Below, in pieces: positions 13,726 to 24,933 of a DNA stretch of 64,000 nucleotides (position 1 is the stretch's first letter; the number at the start of each line of letters is the position of its first letter). Location of the stretch: the NCBI GenBank assembly GCA_051294905.1, contig CM119372.1, positions 37,884,001-37,948,000 on the forward strand, given 5' to 3'. Made by a program: the position numbers and the translations under genes. The notes below the pieces were generated by a model. The model was not told the DNA's origin and ran no database searches. It was given only the letters and a program-made list of their open reading frames with translations. Source of the stretch: Botryllus schlosseri (Eukaryota).

Positions 13726-15711
13726 ATGGATCGAACACTGCAAGCTGCCGGTCGACAGGCGTTAAGCAAGCAGCAGCATATCGACGACGTCCTCCGAATT
13801 TCCAACATCAATGACTATTGCATTAAACCTCGAACTTTGAAGAAATCACCGAGTCTTCATTCCGTCACATCGTCAAGAAAAGCAGCCAAAGACCGCAAGG
13901 CTGCCCTGGAACTTAAGAAAATCGAACTTGAAGAAGAAGCTGCAGCTGCTGTTTTGAAACTCAGAGAAGATACTGCAAAAACAGCATTACATTTCAAGCT
14001 CAGAAAACTAGAAGCTATTGAAAAATTGAACGCTGCCATAGAAGAAGAAGCCTTGTGCCAACGTTTTGACAAATCACAAAAGCCGAACACTCGAATTGAC
14101 ATAAACACTACTGTGAGTACGGAACCTTCAACTTTGCCCGCTACTCAAGCAATGACTTTATCTACCTTGCACACGCCTGCATCTGTGCCAGTCAGCAGTA
14201 CTGGGCAGAGGCTCGTTTCTGAGCCGGCGATAACCCAACCGACCACTCGTCAGTTAACCGCATCAGCAATCCCATGTCATTCCCAGTCTATCCATTCTCA
14301 TAGTCTCACTGCCGGTTCCAGGCCGGTCATTCCCTTGTATTCTCAAAGCACTCAGCAGTGCCAGAGTGGCCTTAGATCTAATGATATACTTCCTCGTTCT
14401 CGCGGTCAATCCGCCGATATTCGTAGTGTGCCAACCGGGTACAACGATGTCATTCCTCGTCCTCGCGGTCAATCCGCCGATATTCGTAGTGTGCCAACCG
14501 GGTACAACGATGTCATTCCTCGTTCTCGCGGTCAATCCGCCGATATTCGTAATGTGCCAACCGGGCACAACGATCTCGCTTCTCGCTCTCGCGATAAACT
14601 CGCAAATCATCGTCGTAAAGACAATTTCAATGCTGATCTCGTGCCCTTAGCGCACAACAAATACAGTTCTCATGCTCGCGATAAAGTCGCACCTACTTTT
14701 AGTTTTATCTACGAACCTGATTGCGTCCTTGAGCCCGAAAATGTAAATCCTAACGATAAGCACTCCGCTCGAACCGAATCCACATCTTATCCTCGCAAGC
14801 TTTTCGAAAGCCTCCCGCCTGCGTCTGACACACCACACAGTGGTGTCGGTCAGAGGCCCGTTAATGGGCCGGCGCCCGCACCGACAAGTTATCCAAACCC
14901 TAAACCTAGTCCATGCGACTCCCCTAATCATGATACTCCTGTAACCATCAAACTCTTCGGGGATGTAACCATGAAATTCTTCGGGGCTGTTCCCAGAGCC
15001 CAATTCCGAACAGTCATTCCAAGTAGTACCAATGTCGCTACTGTGCCTGTCATATCTGCAAACGACGAAGTCCCTCCGCAGGGACAAAACGACCTGATAC
15101 CTGTTGCTGTAAGTGACAGTTCGACTTACTGTGACCCTGGTTATGGCAAACTCGAGATTTCTGGAAACTCTGATGCCGACACGCAAGCTGAACTCGACGA
15201 TTCTGAAGACTGTGACGCCAACACGCAACCTCTGTCCAACGTAGAAGACGCTGCGCCTCCGCGCACAACAAACATACGTCACAAAGTGTTTCCGCTCAAG
15301 AAAACGGAGACTGTCAAACTGCCCTACAACATAGAAGCTGCCAAGATGTCCCTCAAAAACCAACGCACTACATTTGCGGAAGAACCCGAGTTCTTTCGAA
15401 AGTACAAAGAGAAAATCAGCGAGTACCTACCTCGGCGGTACGTTCAGCTCGGTCCGTCTGACTTGCTCTCTTCATCCAAACGACCTTCCAAACCTATCTA
15501 TTTCCATACCCAACAACGAAAGATGCCGAGCAGCCGCAAACTCCAGCTTGCTGCAGCCGTATACGGCAACAAACTTGCTACAGACGTTGTAGAAGATTTC
15601 AACTACGATATCGACTCCGCTCGCTACTCTACCGACAGCACCGCAATGCTCCGCAGCATTCGAACGACCTCCGCTCGATTCAACGCCTTCGTCCGTCAAC
15701 GACCGCCTTGA
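13726..15711 (+). CDS. 661-aa BEL/Pao-derived polyprotein remnant (coiled-coil N-terminus, low-complexity middle, pre-RT segment fused to a Pao Peptidase_A17/RNase H-like segment)
   Basis: LPYNIEAAKMSLKNQRTTFAEEPEFFRKYKEKISEYL resembles the BEL segment preceding RT. RKLQLAAAVYGNKLA...YSTDSTAMLRSIRTTSARFNAFVRQR resembles the BEL PRLELxAAV...WTDSxxVLxYI...RFxxFVANR motif. No YxDD motif seen. Confidence 0.8.
   Translation: MDRTLQAAGRQALSKQQHIDDVLRISNINDYCIKPRTLKKSPSLHSVTSSRKAAKDRKAALELKKIELEEEAAAAVLKLREDTAKTALHFKLRKLEAIEKLNAAIEEEALCQRFDKSQKPNTRIDINTTVSTEPSTLPATQAMTLSTLHTPASVPVSSTGQRLVSEPAITQPTTRQLTASAIPCHSQSIHSHSLTAGSRPVIPLYSQSTQQCQSGLRSNDILPRSRGQSADIRSVPTGYNDVIPRPRGQSADIRSVPTGYNDVIPRSRGQSADIRNVPTGHNDLASRSRDKLANHRRKDNFNADLVPLAHNKYSSHARDKVAPTFSFIYEPDCVLEPENVNPNDKHSARTESTSYPRKLFESLPPASDTPHSGVGQRPVNGPAPAPTSYPNPKPSPCDSPNHDTPVTIKLFGDVTMKFFGAVPRAQFRTVIPSSTNVATVPVISANDEVPPQGQNDLIPVAVSDSSTYCDPGYGKLEISGNSDADTQAELDDSEDCDANTQPLSNVEDAAPPRTTNIRHKVFPLKKTETVKLPYNIEAAKMSLKNQRTTFAEEPEFFRKYKEKISEYLPRRYVQLGPSDLLSSSKRPSKPIYFHTQQRKMPSSRKLQLAAAVYGNKLATDVVEDFNYDIDSARYSTDSTAMLRSIRTTSARFNAFVRQRPP
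14383..14592 (+). repeat. In-frame 63-bp tandem repeat (about 3 units; PRSRGQSADIRSVPTGYNDVI)
   Basis: TCCTCGT(T/C)CTCGCGG at 14391, 14454, 14517. Confidence 0.95.
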
Positions 15712-16217
15712 ACCAGGATCGCTCCGCGCGCGCGTTACCTGACATGTTTCATTTTTATTTTGTCATATGTTTCTTTTCTGTCCCGACTTGGATCGTTCTC
15801 AGTTTCCTTGAGAAGCATAAAAACCCATAATTTTACCGCACTATGTCACTCGCTTTGATAATATGTCACTATCCTGCTACTGCAAGTTCTGTCTCTAATT
15901 TTAAGAAAAAATTCTGGATCATGAGACCAGACTTCCACTCGTAAACTTACTGTTTTGTAAACCAACCGGCACTCATCGTTGCATCAGAAATAGTGGTGCC
16001 TTGAATTGAATAACCTTTGCCTACTCATATTGCACGTTTTCTGTACATTGCCATCGCTTACTGACGCTGTATCAGCTTTCTATACATTGCATTTGCCTTG
16101 CATATTTCTTCATGCCCCGATTGTCTTCATAATCCAAAAAACCACCATTCCTTCATTTTTTCTGTGGCTCACCGATAACTGCCTTTTTGCAATTACGCTT
16201 CGCCACGGGGCCGGCTA

Positions 16218-16669
16218 TGTCACGGTGGATTTTTGTCCGTATCAATGGTTCGTTACGCTCGAGTCACCTCGCCGCACGCGAGAAGAATCTGGATCACAAA
16301 TCATTCTCTTCAAAAGCGGTCGTGCCGTAAACAGGGTTTTCACGCCGCTTTGAATCTGACTCTAATTAATGTAATTTCTCATTTAGAGTATTTGCCAGCG
16401 TATTTTTTAACGGTATGATATAGTCTGGGTTATTATTATTATTATTATTAAAGGTTTTCAGTGGCACTTATCACCTGTTAAGGTGCCATAGTCTGGGTTG
16501 TTTGATCGACATTCTGCAATATACACAACGGGAAACTTATTGTGTCCGGACTTATTAGCCAGTTAATTATACTCATAAGTCAGTCATTACTCGCAGCGAT
16601 TGCTCCAGTCCAACTCGCCGTCGAGTTGTAACAGTTCTGTGAAGGACTGAATGTGTCATAACAAGGACA
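16218..16669 (+). repeat. 3' LTR (452 bp = 384 + 68-bp insertion including its TSD)
   Basis: Identical by eye to the 5' LTR except for the insertion at 16432-16499. Confidence 0.95.
16432..16487 (-). mobile_element. 56-bp 5'-truncated non-LTR retrotransposon (LINE/SINE) 3' end
   Basis: Minus strand reads GGCACCTTAACAGGTGATAAGTGCC (stem-loop) ACTGAAAACCTT then (TAA)n; 12-bp TSD ATAGTCTGGGTT at 16420-16431 and 16488-16499; absent from the 5' LTR. Confidence 0.85.
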
Positions 16670-18076
16670 TCAAGTTTAAAAATATGGACGGATGAGTTAT
16701 CTCTGACCAATAGAGTAATATAACCGCCTATAGTTTAGTGGGTATTGCTATAATGTATATCCAAACAATCGTTGCAGACTCTGAATGTTACCTAGGTCCT
16801 TATCACAAAAAATCATGCATCAGAAGCGTAGGGGTTCATATTATCAAGTCGCAGCGCTCAAAATCGCATTTTATATTAAGTAATTAGTGATGATGTGTAG
16901 AATTTTGATATTAATAATATTATCCGGAGAATATAACCTTACATAGACATCATAGTTTTCGCATTTATGTATAATCTGAATAGGAATTTAAATACATAGT
17001 CCTAAATACACATAATAGAAAATCTGTCGATTCTAGCCAAGGTAAGTTTTGACGCAGCAATCATAAGTCGTAAAATGTGGAAACTGCTGAAACCGTAACT
17101 TGTACACATAAAATCAAGTTTAAAAAATATGGACGGATGATATTAGTCCTAAATACACATAATACAATATCTGAGAAAAGTATCAAGATGCGGCAATCAA
17201 TGCAGCGATGATATAGCAATGGATGGATGATGTGGCACTATAGGTGTGACGCTTGATGATGTGGCACAGATGACGTAGCAGATGAATGTTCCCTTATGGG
17301 ATGAAAATGGGCGTGGCAATTAGGATGACGTGGCGCTCTCTGATTGGCCTGCAACAAAGTTCCTTACCCTCACTACTATGGTCCACATGGCATATGGCAT
17401 GACCTTATGAGGTAATATTTTATTTCGCCATAGCGCTGTGTCTTCCTATGCGCGTTACACAGATGCTTGACAGAAAGACCAAAAAAGCATCAGCGAATAC
17501 CTACATGCATTGATCGGTTGCTCTTCAATCAGAGAGATATTCTGTTCTGCGCAAGGTCCGGCTGTCGGTCACAGTCTAGCGTTGGTGTATAGATGATACG
17601 ACGAAACTATGACATTTAAAATCGTAGTATAATTCAGTTTATTGCCATTGTTTAAACTTGAAAGTTTCATATATCAAACTCATTCCGAGTTCAAGAGACT
17701 TCAATTCGGGCGGCGTCGCGCCCCCTTCATATAGCCTACTTTCACACCCCAAGGGTGGCGCGCGCCCCAGTTTGAAAACCACTGATCCACGCATCGAGTT
17801 AGCGATACAATAATAACACGATTGCAGCAATCACGATTCAAGTTCCCGGTATTCTAACCCATAGTAGCCTATGAGTAGTTGAGCAGTTAAGAAATATGTT
17901 CCCAGTATTTCGTGCCGTACGCACTAAAAATACTCTTATTTGACATCATGAACTATTAGGCACACCAGGCAACACCTTTCACACATTCTCGTGGATTGAG
18001 CATTCCTTCTATGCATCTGCAATACTACATTAATTCTCCATAAGACAAAAAAGTCATTTGTCCAGTACCGGTAGGG

Positions 18077-19400
18077 CAGGGGTGGGCAATTATTTTCCTC
18101 CGCGGGCCAAATGAGAAGTACAAAATACGTTGGCGGGCCAAGTGAAAAATTTTAGCTATATTCTCCAGCGTATTTTAATTTTATTTCTAAATTACATTGT
18201 TGATAAATGCTGCTGAGTGAATGTGTTGACTGTTGATGTTAGGTAATGAGAAAGTGGCGATTAATTAAAAATATCTATTTGCCGTCATGATTCGAAACAA
18301 TGTTAAACATGATACATTTTTAACTCTCTTTCGAACCCTATCCACGTTATTCTATTACGACACTAAAACTGTGGTTCTCAAACTTGTTTTTAGAAACGCC
18401 CCTCTTTATGATAGTGAAAAATTTCGCGCCCACCCCCCAATCATGATATCACAACATATCAAAAAGAGCAACCTGCATGCTAGCAATCACGACGGATGGT
18501 TTGACGGCATGGAAGGTTATGGTTGTTGATGAGAGAATTCTGTAATATCAATGTCGTACAATAAACAGAGCAATAAACTATAAGATAGGGTTAAATCGCG
18601 AGAGCGTGAATTTATTTTCATTTATCTTCAGCTTCGCGCCTCCCTTCAGATGCATTCACGCCCCTCAGTTCGGTAACCACCGCACTGAAATGTATATGGG
18701 ATAGTACAAAGCTTGTCTTGGTTGCTGCATTCCGAACAGTGTGCAATTCAAATAGCCTTGATGTTGAGCGAAGTTTGCAGTTTTTCTTAAATTCGCCTTC
18801 CCTTGACCGAGTGTTTCGTGCTCAGCAAAAACTAAAAGGACTGGTTCCCCCCTAACTCCAGTAGCCTATATAAGTATTTAGTGCTCTAAACCTTCTTTGA
18901 ATTTCAACTTTCGGCTTTCTCTATTTGACATGTCCGTTCATCCTTTATGCGTGATAGATATGATGAGTCATATGGTAATCGTGAGCACTGATTGACTTGT
19001 TTTTCGAATTAGGGATTTGGAAACGCTTCACATAACAATTTGAAACACAGGCCGTATCATGCGTAATGTGACAATGGCAACAAAGAAGGTTTGACCTAAA
19101 CTATATGGAAATTGTGATTTCTTGTGCATATAATTGTTACTCATACTTTGCCACATTGCCTTTATTTGAATCTGGATTACGCATGCGAGGTACGTAGGCA
19201 GCGTAATCGTGGCACATGAATAAACAGGCTTCAAAGTATAGGAATTACCTGTTTAGTTGATACAGCCTATGGTTTTAGTCCATGCATCAACATTCAAAAA
19301 GCAGCTTTAATGTTATGAATTTCAAGCAACCTTTCGCGGGCCGCACAGAATGGCCTCGCGGGTCGCATTTGGCCCGCGGGCCGCACTTTGCCCAGGCCTG
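18077..19400 (+). mobile_element. Non-autonomous hAT-like DNA transposon (with nested ~315-bp MITE at ~18369-18682)
   Basis: Ends CAGGGGTGGGCAA / TTGCCCAGGCCTG; GGCCCGCG subterminal motifs; homologous reversed copy at 40603-43049. TSD not evident. Confidence 0.7.
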
Positions 19401-20289
19401 ATATAATACAAGGTAATGGGTAATGGGTAGTGGATACCATTGCATATGTTTCGGCATGCTATTTTGATCAGGTATGTATAAACAGGTGAAACAGGAAGGA
19501 GTGTGTCAGGTTGGTCTTTTAACCAGCGTATCTACATCATCTACATCCCGCGCGCTGATGAGAAAACGCTGTAGCATCTGCGTAATATTTACAATAATTA
19601 ACTGCATAGAAAGGACATTGAATTGAGTCGACACAAAATCACCCTTTCTACTTACCCGCCGAGCTCTCATATCTACCAAATCAGGACAGCTTTTCTACAT
19701 ATTTGGTCTGTAAATTGTTTGCTGGGGTATGATCTCTGGTACAATCAGGGTAATGCCACGGAAGATAGGCCAACGTTGTTCCTCTATACAGTATTGACGA
19801 ACATTCACCGGGGTTGTTCTAAATATCTTTCTTTTTTAAATTTCACTGGGTATCCCATGTAATTAATAGGTAGCCAAAAACCGCTGCAAATCAATTTTGA
19901 CTCATTTTCGACACGTATAAACGAAGTTATTAGAGTATAAAATTTGATATTTGAAAAATTAGTACCGTATTTACGGTGAGAAATTCTATCATACAAAAAT
20001 GCCGAAAAGTTATTGCACAGTATTTGTGAACGTACAATAATGCTATTACTTATTTACATGCATTGATCGTTATAATTGCCTGTAATCAAGCGGTATGCCA
20101 TGTATTTCAAACAAATATTCTATTGACAGAAGTAAATTTTATTATAGAAAAAGTCACGGTAACATGGTGAGTAGCAATTTCAGCAAAGAAACAATACAAG
20201 TAAAACAGTACGAAAAGCAAAAACATGCAATAATGAAAAGCTTACACATACAAATTATATCGCAGTGTCATCATATAGTCACCAATTTA

Positions 20290-20795
20290 TGCGCGAAAGA
20301 AGATATTTTGAAATCTTGGTGTAGCTTGCGCCTATGCTGGGCTACAACCAAGGGTAAAGGACAGCACGATACTATGCTCGATGGCGTAAGGAAGCATTAA
20401 CGGGTAAAATATTCGGAATTCTGCTGCTGTATATGGACAATGGTCTGATCACGAAGGAAGTATACAATTGATGGACGCAGTAAGGCCTACGCCCTACATG
20501 TAAGATCCGTAACTGGAGACGGAACACCAGAGCCGGGAAGCCCGATCTCGTGTGTCTACAATCTACATGTACCAAACCTGTCATTCTTACCCGGCACATC
20601 ACAATGTGAAGATACGCAGTTGAGTGTCGGCAAATATATTCCGAGTAACACAAAAAGGATGTAGGATGGAGGAACTGCAGTAAGAAACAGACACCTTTGC
20701 TTATCGTTGTAAGGATCGTCTTCATGCCAACCCATAAATGGAGCAAAACCAACGCGGGCAGAAGTTACCCATACGAAGAAAGTGACAGCAATCAC
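20290..20795 (-). pseudogene. Class A (rhodopsin-like) GPCR exon, TM4-TM5 and probably degenerate TM6-7; frameshifted
   Basis: Acceptor TTTTGTTCAG precedes 20795. VIAVTFFVWVTSARVGFAPFMGWH (TM4 W/P, GW), CLF (ECL2 Cys), YILFVLLGIYLPTL (TM5), continuing as TAYLHIVMCR in another frame. 3' limit uncertain. Confidence 0.7.
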
Positions 20796-21904
20796 CTGAA
20801 CAAAAGCGAGGATAACTTATAACAAGCATATCGAACGGCGCAAAACGTAAGATTGCTTGCGAAAAAGTGCTACGAAAAGTTGAAGCAGGCAGGAAATCCT
20901 ATAACGATATTCATGCATCCTTGTCGGTTCTCGTAGTGTGAAGTCATAATTGTTTTTGTGAGGTGCAGAATGTTGTTTCAAAACAATCTAGTATCCGATA
21001 TAGCCAACCTTCGGAGCAGTGTTGCCAATTTAGCGATTCTATCGCTAGATCTAGTGATTTTTCGTTCGGTTTAGCGACAAAAAATATCGATCTAGCGATA
21101 AATCTAGCGACTTTTGCAAAATATTTAGCGATTTTCTAGCGATATTTTTCAAAAATATCTGAAATCAATCAGTTTTGAGCAGCAAACATCCGGCACGTTC
21201 ACCATTCACCACAGCGTCAGCACGCATCTCCGATTTACACACAGGTCGTGTGCATGGAGAATGGACATGAACATCTCTACTAACTTTCTTGGTCATGGGA
21301 GCGAAGTTGTCCATACCTTTTCCAGCCATAAAATTCGCCAAGATCCTGGCCAATTGACCCCCAATACGAACTATCACAATCATGTTCGCCCAATGAAATT
21401 TGTTAAAGGCTACATGGTCCGATATGTGAATTAATTCTGTGCGCCCACGCAGGACGAATATGAAGGATTCCTTGCCGTCCTAAACGGAAACCGCGAGTTA
21501 CAAGATAACCGAGAAAACTATTGTGCATCGGACTTTTGATACCTACGCGAGCTGTAACAGTCCTATAACACTATTTGTACCAATATCGAGATCGAAAGGG
21601 GATCGGGTTTAAATCGTCCTCCTCAAATTGCTCGAATACATGGTTTTATATCTGATTCACGTCAGATAAATACAAAAAATAAACGATTACGTCGCGTACT
21701 TTTGATACTAACACAAGATGTAACAAACACTCTAATACTCAAATAACCAAAAAATGAAATCACGAGTTTCTATGCGTGCTGTCGGATAACAGAAAAACAC
21801 TCATAAATAGACTTTAAACTATAACTTTCTTCGTCGAACCAAGCTTCTTTCAGAATTAACACGCTACTTATGCGGACAAATATCATACGTAATGATTTAT
21901 ATAC

Positions 21905-22290
21905 TAGGGTTACCATACGTCCTCTTTTAAGAGGATTTGTCCTTTTTTTGACTTTATTGAAAGTGTCCTCGGAGGACGCCGTTTGGTCCTCTTTTTTGAG
22001 ATTTTGTCCCCTTTTTGGGGAATTTTGGTAAAACCTATGACCAAGATCGACGGAGATGCCGTAAATCAGCCCGAATTTACGCTCCGGCGGGTATTTCGGG
22101 AGCTGAGCCGGGAAGTTGACTAAAAAAAAGGTCAACCACCTGATAATGTGAAGGAAAAAACTATATTTTGGGCGCTGAGCGAGAAAGTTGGGAAAAATTT
22201 ACTTTACTTCAGAATTTTCCTCCGGTTTTGCAAGTCTAAGAGTTATGAAAAAGTGTCCTCTTTTCAGATTTCCAAAATATGGCAACCCTA
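21905..22290 (+). mobile_element. MITE, TAGGGTTACCATA family
   Basis: TIR TAGGGTTACCATA / TATGGCAACCCTA; TSD TTATATAC; GTCCTC subterminal repeats. Confidence 0.9.
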
Positions 22291-22713
22291 TTATATACCA
22301 TTGATCAGATGGATAGACAGGGAAATAGAAATATAATTAGATGGTCAGCCGCTATAAGTAGCGGTATATACTTAGCGGGTTGGCCCTCCTAATATTTTCT
22401 AAAGAGCACACTGCTACTTATAGTGGCCGCAAGCCCGGTGCGAGTCGTGTCGTGTTCAAGTACTCCCACACAGTTAAGCGAAGGCAATCGCCTCTCCGCA
22501 ATTATCAGTATATCGCATCGGATATTCACGGACGCATCGAGAAAGGCACAAGTTTGTATATCCAGGATGACGGTCAGCGGCAGTTTGTGTCACGCAGAGA
22601 GATCTGGTTTGTTTAAATCAGGGATGTCCAGATATCCCTGATCTAAATGTACCGCATAGTTCGTCCCGTTTTGAGATGACTGACAATCCGACATGAATCT
22701 TGCGTATTATTAA

Positions 22714-23669
22714 TAGGGATGGTGTGAACGTGAGGTTCACGTTCGCGTTCTGTGTGTGAACCTCGGACATTTTGAGGTTCGCGTTCACAACAGAACCTTG
22801 GTAGGTTCTGCACTGTGAACCTCTTTCATATATATTACAATTTTCACTTCATTATAACTTATTTGGTTCACATTTATTGCATTTCAACTGCGAACCACTC
22901 TATGCATGGCACTGGCAGCATAAACGATCAACACCTTGACAATTTCAAAAATTTTACTTACTTTCTAACAAAAGTTTGCTCGAAATATCCAGCTTTCCGT
23001 TTGTGAATATTTAGTGACTCTCTGCTGTGAGCTTGACCGGCAATCACACAATATCAAGAGCGAAATACACTACATGTAGATAGCGAATGATGCTTATTCA
23101 ATCGATATCGTTTTCTGATGTAAAAATCTAGTATCGTACGGGGTCAATCTTGTCTTCACCACATGTTTACTGTATCATAAAAACCAAATCCGTGCCATTG
23201 AGGTGTTTGCTATTGTTGTATAACTTGTTAATGGAGTAATAGTGGTAGCAAGTATGGAAAACCGTTTTACACTCTACGCAATATCCATGTAGCAATACTC
23301 AGACGCCGAATACATTTTCGGGTCTGGCCTATAGACCGTTAAGGCGAAGCGATCCGTCGAAATTGTTGGCGAAGCGACGGATGATATTGATTTATGGGAT
23401 TATTATATCATTTGATTGCCTCAGTTGATACATTTAGCGACGTTCAAAACGTCAATATGTACTTCAGCATTGTGCCATTATGTGGCTCGAGTCGTCGCTG
23501 GGTATCGTGTACATTAATATAGGCTATCATTTCATTGAAATATAGGGTTGGAATTAGCAATATGACGTCACGTGACGTCATGAGGTTCACGTTCGCGTTC
23601 ACACAGAACCTTTCAAAAAGGTTCGCGTTCACACGAACCTGAACCTTTCAGAGGTTCACACCATCCCTA
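22714..23669 (+). mobile_element. MITE, TAGGGATGGTGTGAAC family
   Basis: TIR TAGGGATGGTGTGAAC / GTTCACACCATCCCTA; TSD ATTATTAA; GTTCAC/GAACC subterminal repeats. Confidence 0.9.
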
Positions 23670-23807
23670 ATTATTAACTCGAAATATGATAGGGTGACCG
23701 TATATGTCCTCCTATAGGAGAATTTGTCCTCTTTTTTTAGGAAATCAAAAATGTCTTCCGAGAACACCTCAATGTCCTCCTCTTTGGTAATTCATCATAC
23801 TTTATAG

Positions 23808-24500
23808 CAGGTCTGGCCAACCCGTGGCCCGCGAGAAGGTTTTGAGTGGCCCGCGACGTCATTTCCGAAATTAGTAATATTATTAAAAATGGATTGCACA
23901 GATTGTGAACTTGCTAGGCCAACCAAAAATTTGACCAGTCTGGCCGCCACACTTGATATGTGATGACTAAAATATCAGTTCCGACGCATTAGCAGATCAA
24001 TGAGCCAGTCACATTTTGGTAGATCTTCGTACACTACAATAAAGCAGAATAATTTACGATAGATTTATCAAAAGTAAAAATTTTTCACACGCTTCGCGCA
24101 ACATGTTGTCACTCAATTTCTCGCTTTTAATGTTGATACCCCTTTGTGAAAATGAAAGAACGCCTAATGTATCAGATTGAGTCTAACTATATTCGCGATT
24201 ACGAGACAAAGTGCCGTTTAACATCTGCGACCTTGCGTTTGCGCTCGCAGAAAGACCGTCGACCATGAAACCTTGGCACAAAATGATTGACGCATGTTGG
24301 TCGAAGCTATCGATATCGATATGTCCAGGCGCCGAATAGTCCATTCCTTGCAAACTGAGCCCAGCGATAAACAGCAGGCCCGCAATATAGTCAAGTGACA
24401 ATATTATTGACCTATGAACTTCGAAAAATTTTCGCGCTTCGTGCGGCCAGTGGCCCGCGCAATAGTTCGTCAATCAAATGTGACCCTTTGGCCACCCCTG
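23808..24500 (-). mobile_element. hAT-like MITE (reversed relative of 26115-27268)
   Basis: Ends CAGGTCTGGCCAA / TTGGCCACCCCTG; TSD CTTTATAG / CTTCATAG. Confidence 0.85.
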
Positions 24501-24723
24501 CTTCATAGCTTTGTCAGTCGGGCCAATGTACAGGCACAACTAAAAACGCCATAAATGCCGTGAAATCTGCCATGTGGTTGTACGGGTGGGTCTTTCAATA
24601 ACTTTAGGAATTAATTCAGATTTAGCGACTTTTTCTAGCGATTTTGTTTCATGATTTGGCGACATCTAGCGATTTTCGACACCAGTTTTAGCGATTTTTG
24701 TCCATCCAGAGTTGGCAACACTG

Positions 24724-24933
24724 CTTCGGAGAGTCGTTCTTTCTCTGTCGAAACGTTATTCTAATTGTTTTGTATCTTTCAAAGGCCATGCCAGCCATTA
24801 TCAGACATGATGTCACTGTAGCCATTGCGATGAAACCCATGGTGATGAGACAACTGGCAAGCGGCCTTTCAGGATTAACGGCATCCGATATAGTAAGTAA
24901 CGACGCGACCCCAAGCTGAACAGTGAGCAATGG
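24724..24933 (-). pseudogene. Upstream exon of the same GPCR, TM2 end to TM3 to ICL2
   Basis: Acceptor TAATTGCAG; SCLITMGFIAMATVTSCLIMAGMAFERYKTI has the TM3 Cys and E/DRY motif; ends DSPK in phase 0, matching the phase-0 start of the 20795 exon. Confidence 0.75.

Larger units (their letters stand above)
13307..16669 (+). mobile_element. Internally deleted BEL/Pao LTR retrotransposon
   Basis: TG...CA LTRs; 5-bp TSD TCAAG (13302-13306, 16670-16674); purine-tract-like GGGGCCGGCTA before the 3' LTR; BEL-like protein motifs; empty site visible in the left arm near 977-981. Confidence 0.92.
274..17377. mobile_element. Non-autonomous Polinton/Maverick-like element, entirely palindromic (foldback), 13.7 kb excluding the nested LTR element
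   Basis: Starts AGTAGTGAGGGTAAGGAAC (274), ends GTTCCTTACCCTCACTACT (17377); identical 6-bp flanks ATGGTC at 268-273 and 17378-17383. AG...CT ends with short terminal repeats plus a 6-bp TSD are Polinton hallmarks. No pPolB, integrase or capsid ORF seen. Confidence 0.8.
7171..17377 (-). repeat. Right arm of giant inverted repeat, interrupted by LTR element at 13307-16669
   Basis: Mirror of 274-7137 with scattered substitutions (e.g. 6975 vs 7332), a 23-bp contraction in the 42-bp array, and the 3.36-kb insertion. Confidence 0.97.
21017..24723. mobile_element. 8-bp-TSD (hAT-like) non-autonomous element with nested insertions
   Basis: TIR CAGTGTTGCCAA / TTGGCAACACTG; TSD CTTCGGAG (21009-21016, 24724-24731); many TAGCGA subterminal repeats at both ends. 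Confidence 0.9.

Noticed and set aside
13857..15699. Antisense and alternative-frame ORFs overlapping the 661-aa ORF
   Set aside because: Shadow ORFs with no recognisable motifs.
274..17377. Palindrome as a fold-back chimeric read or assembly artefact
   Set aside because: Both ends stop at matching termini with a 6-bp TSD, the flanks are unrelated to each other, and the arms differ by substitutions, an indel and a TSD-flanked LTR insertion.
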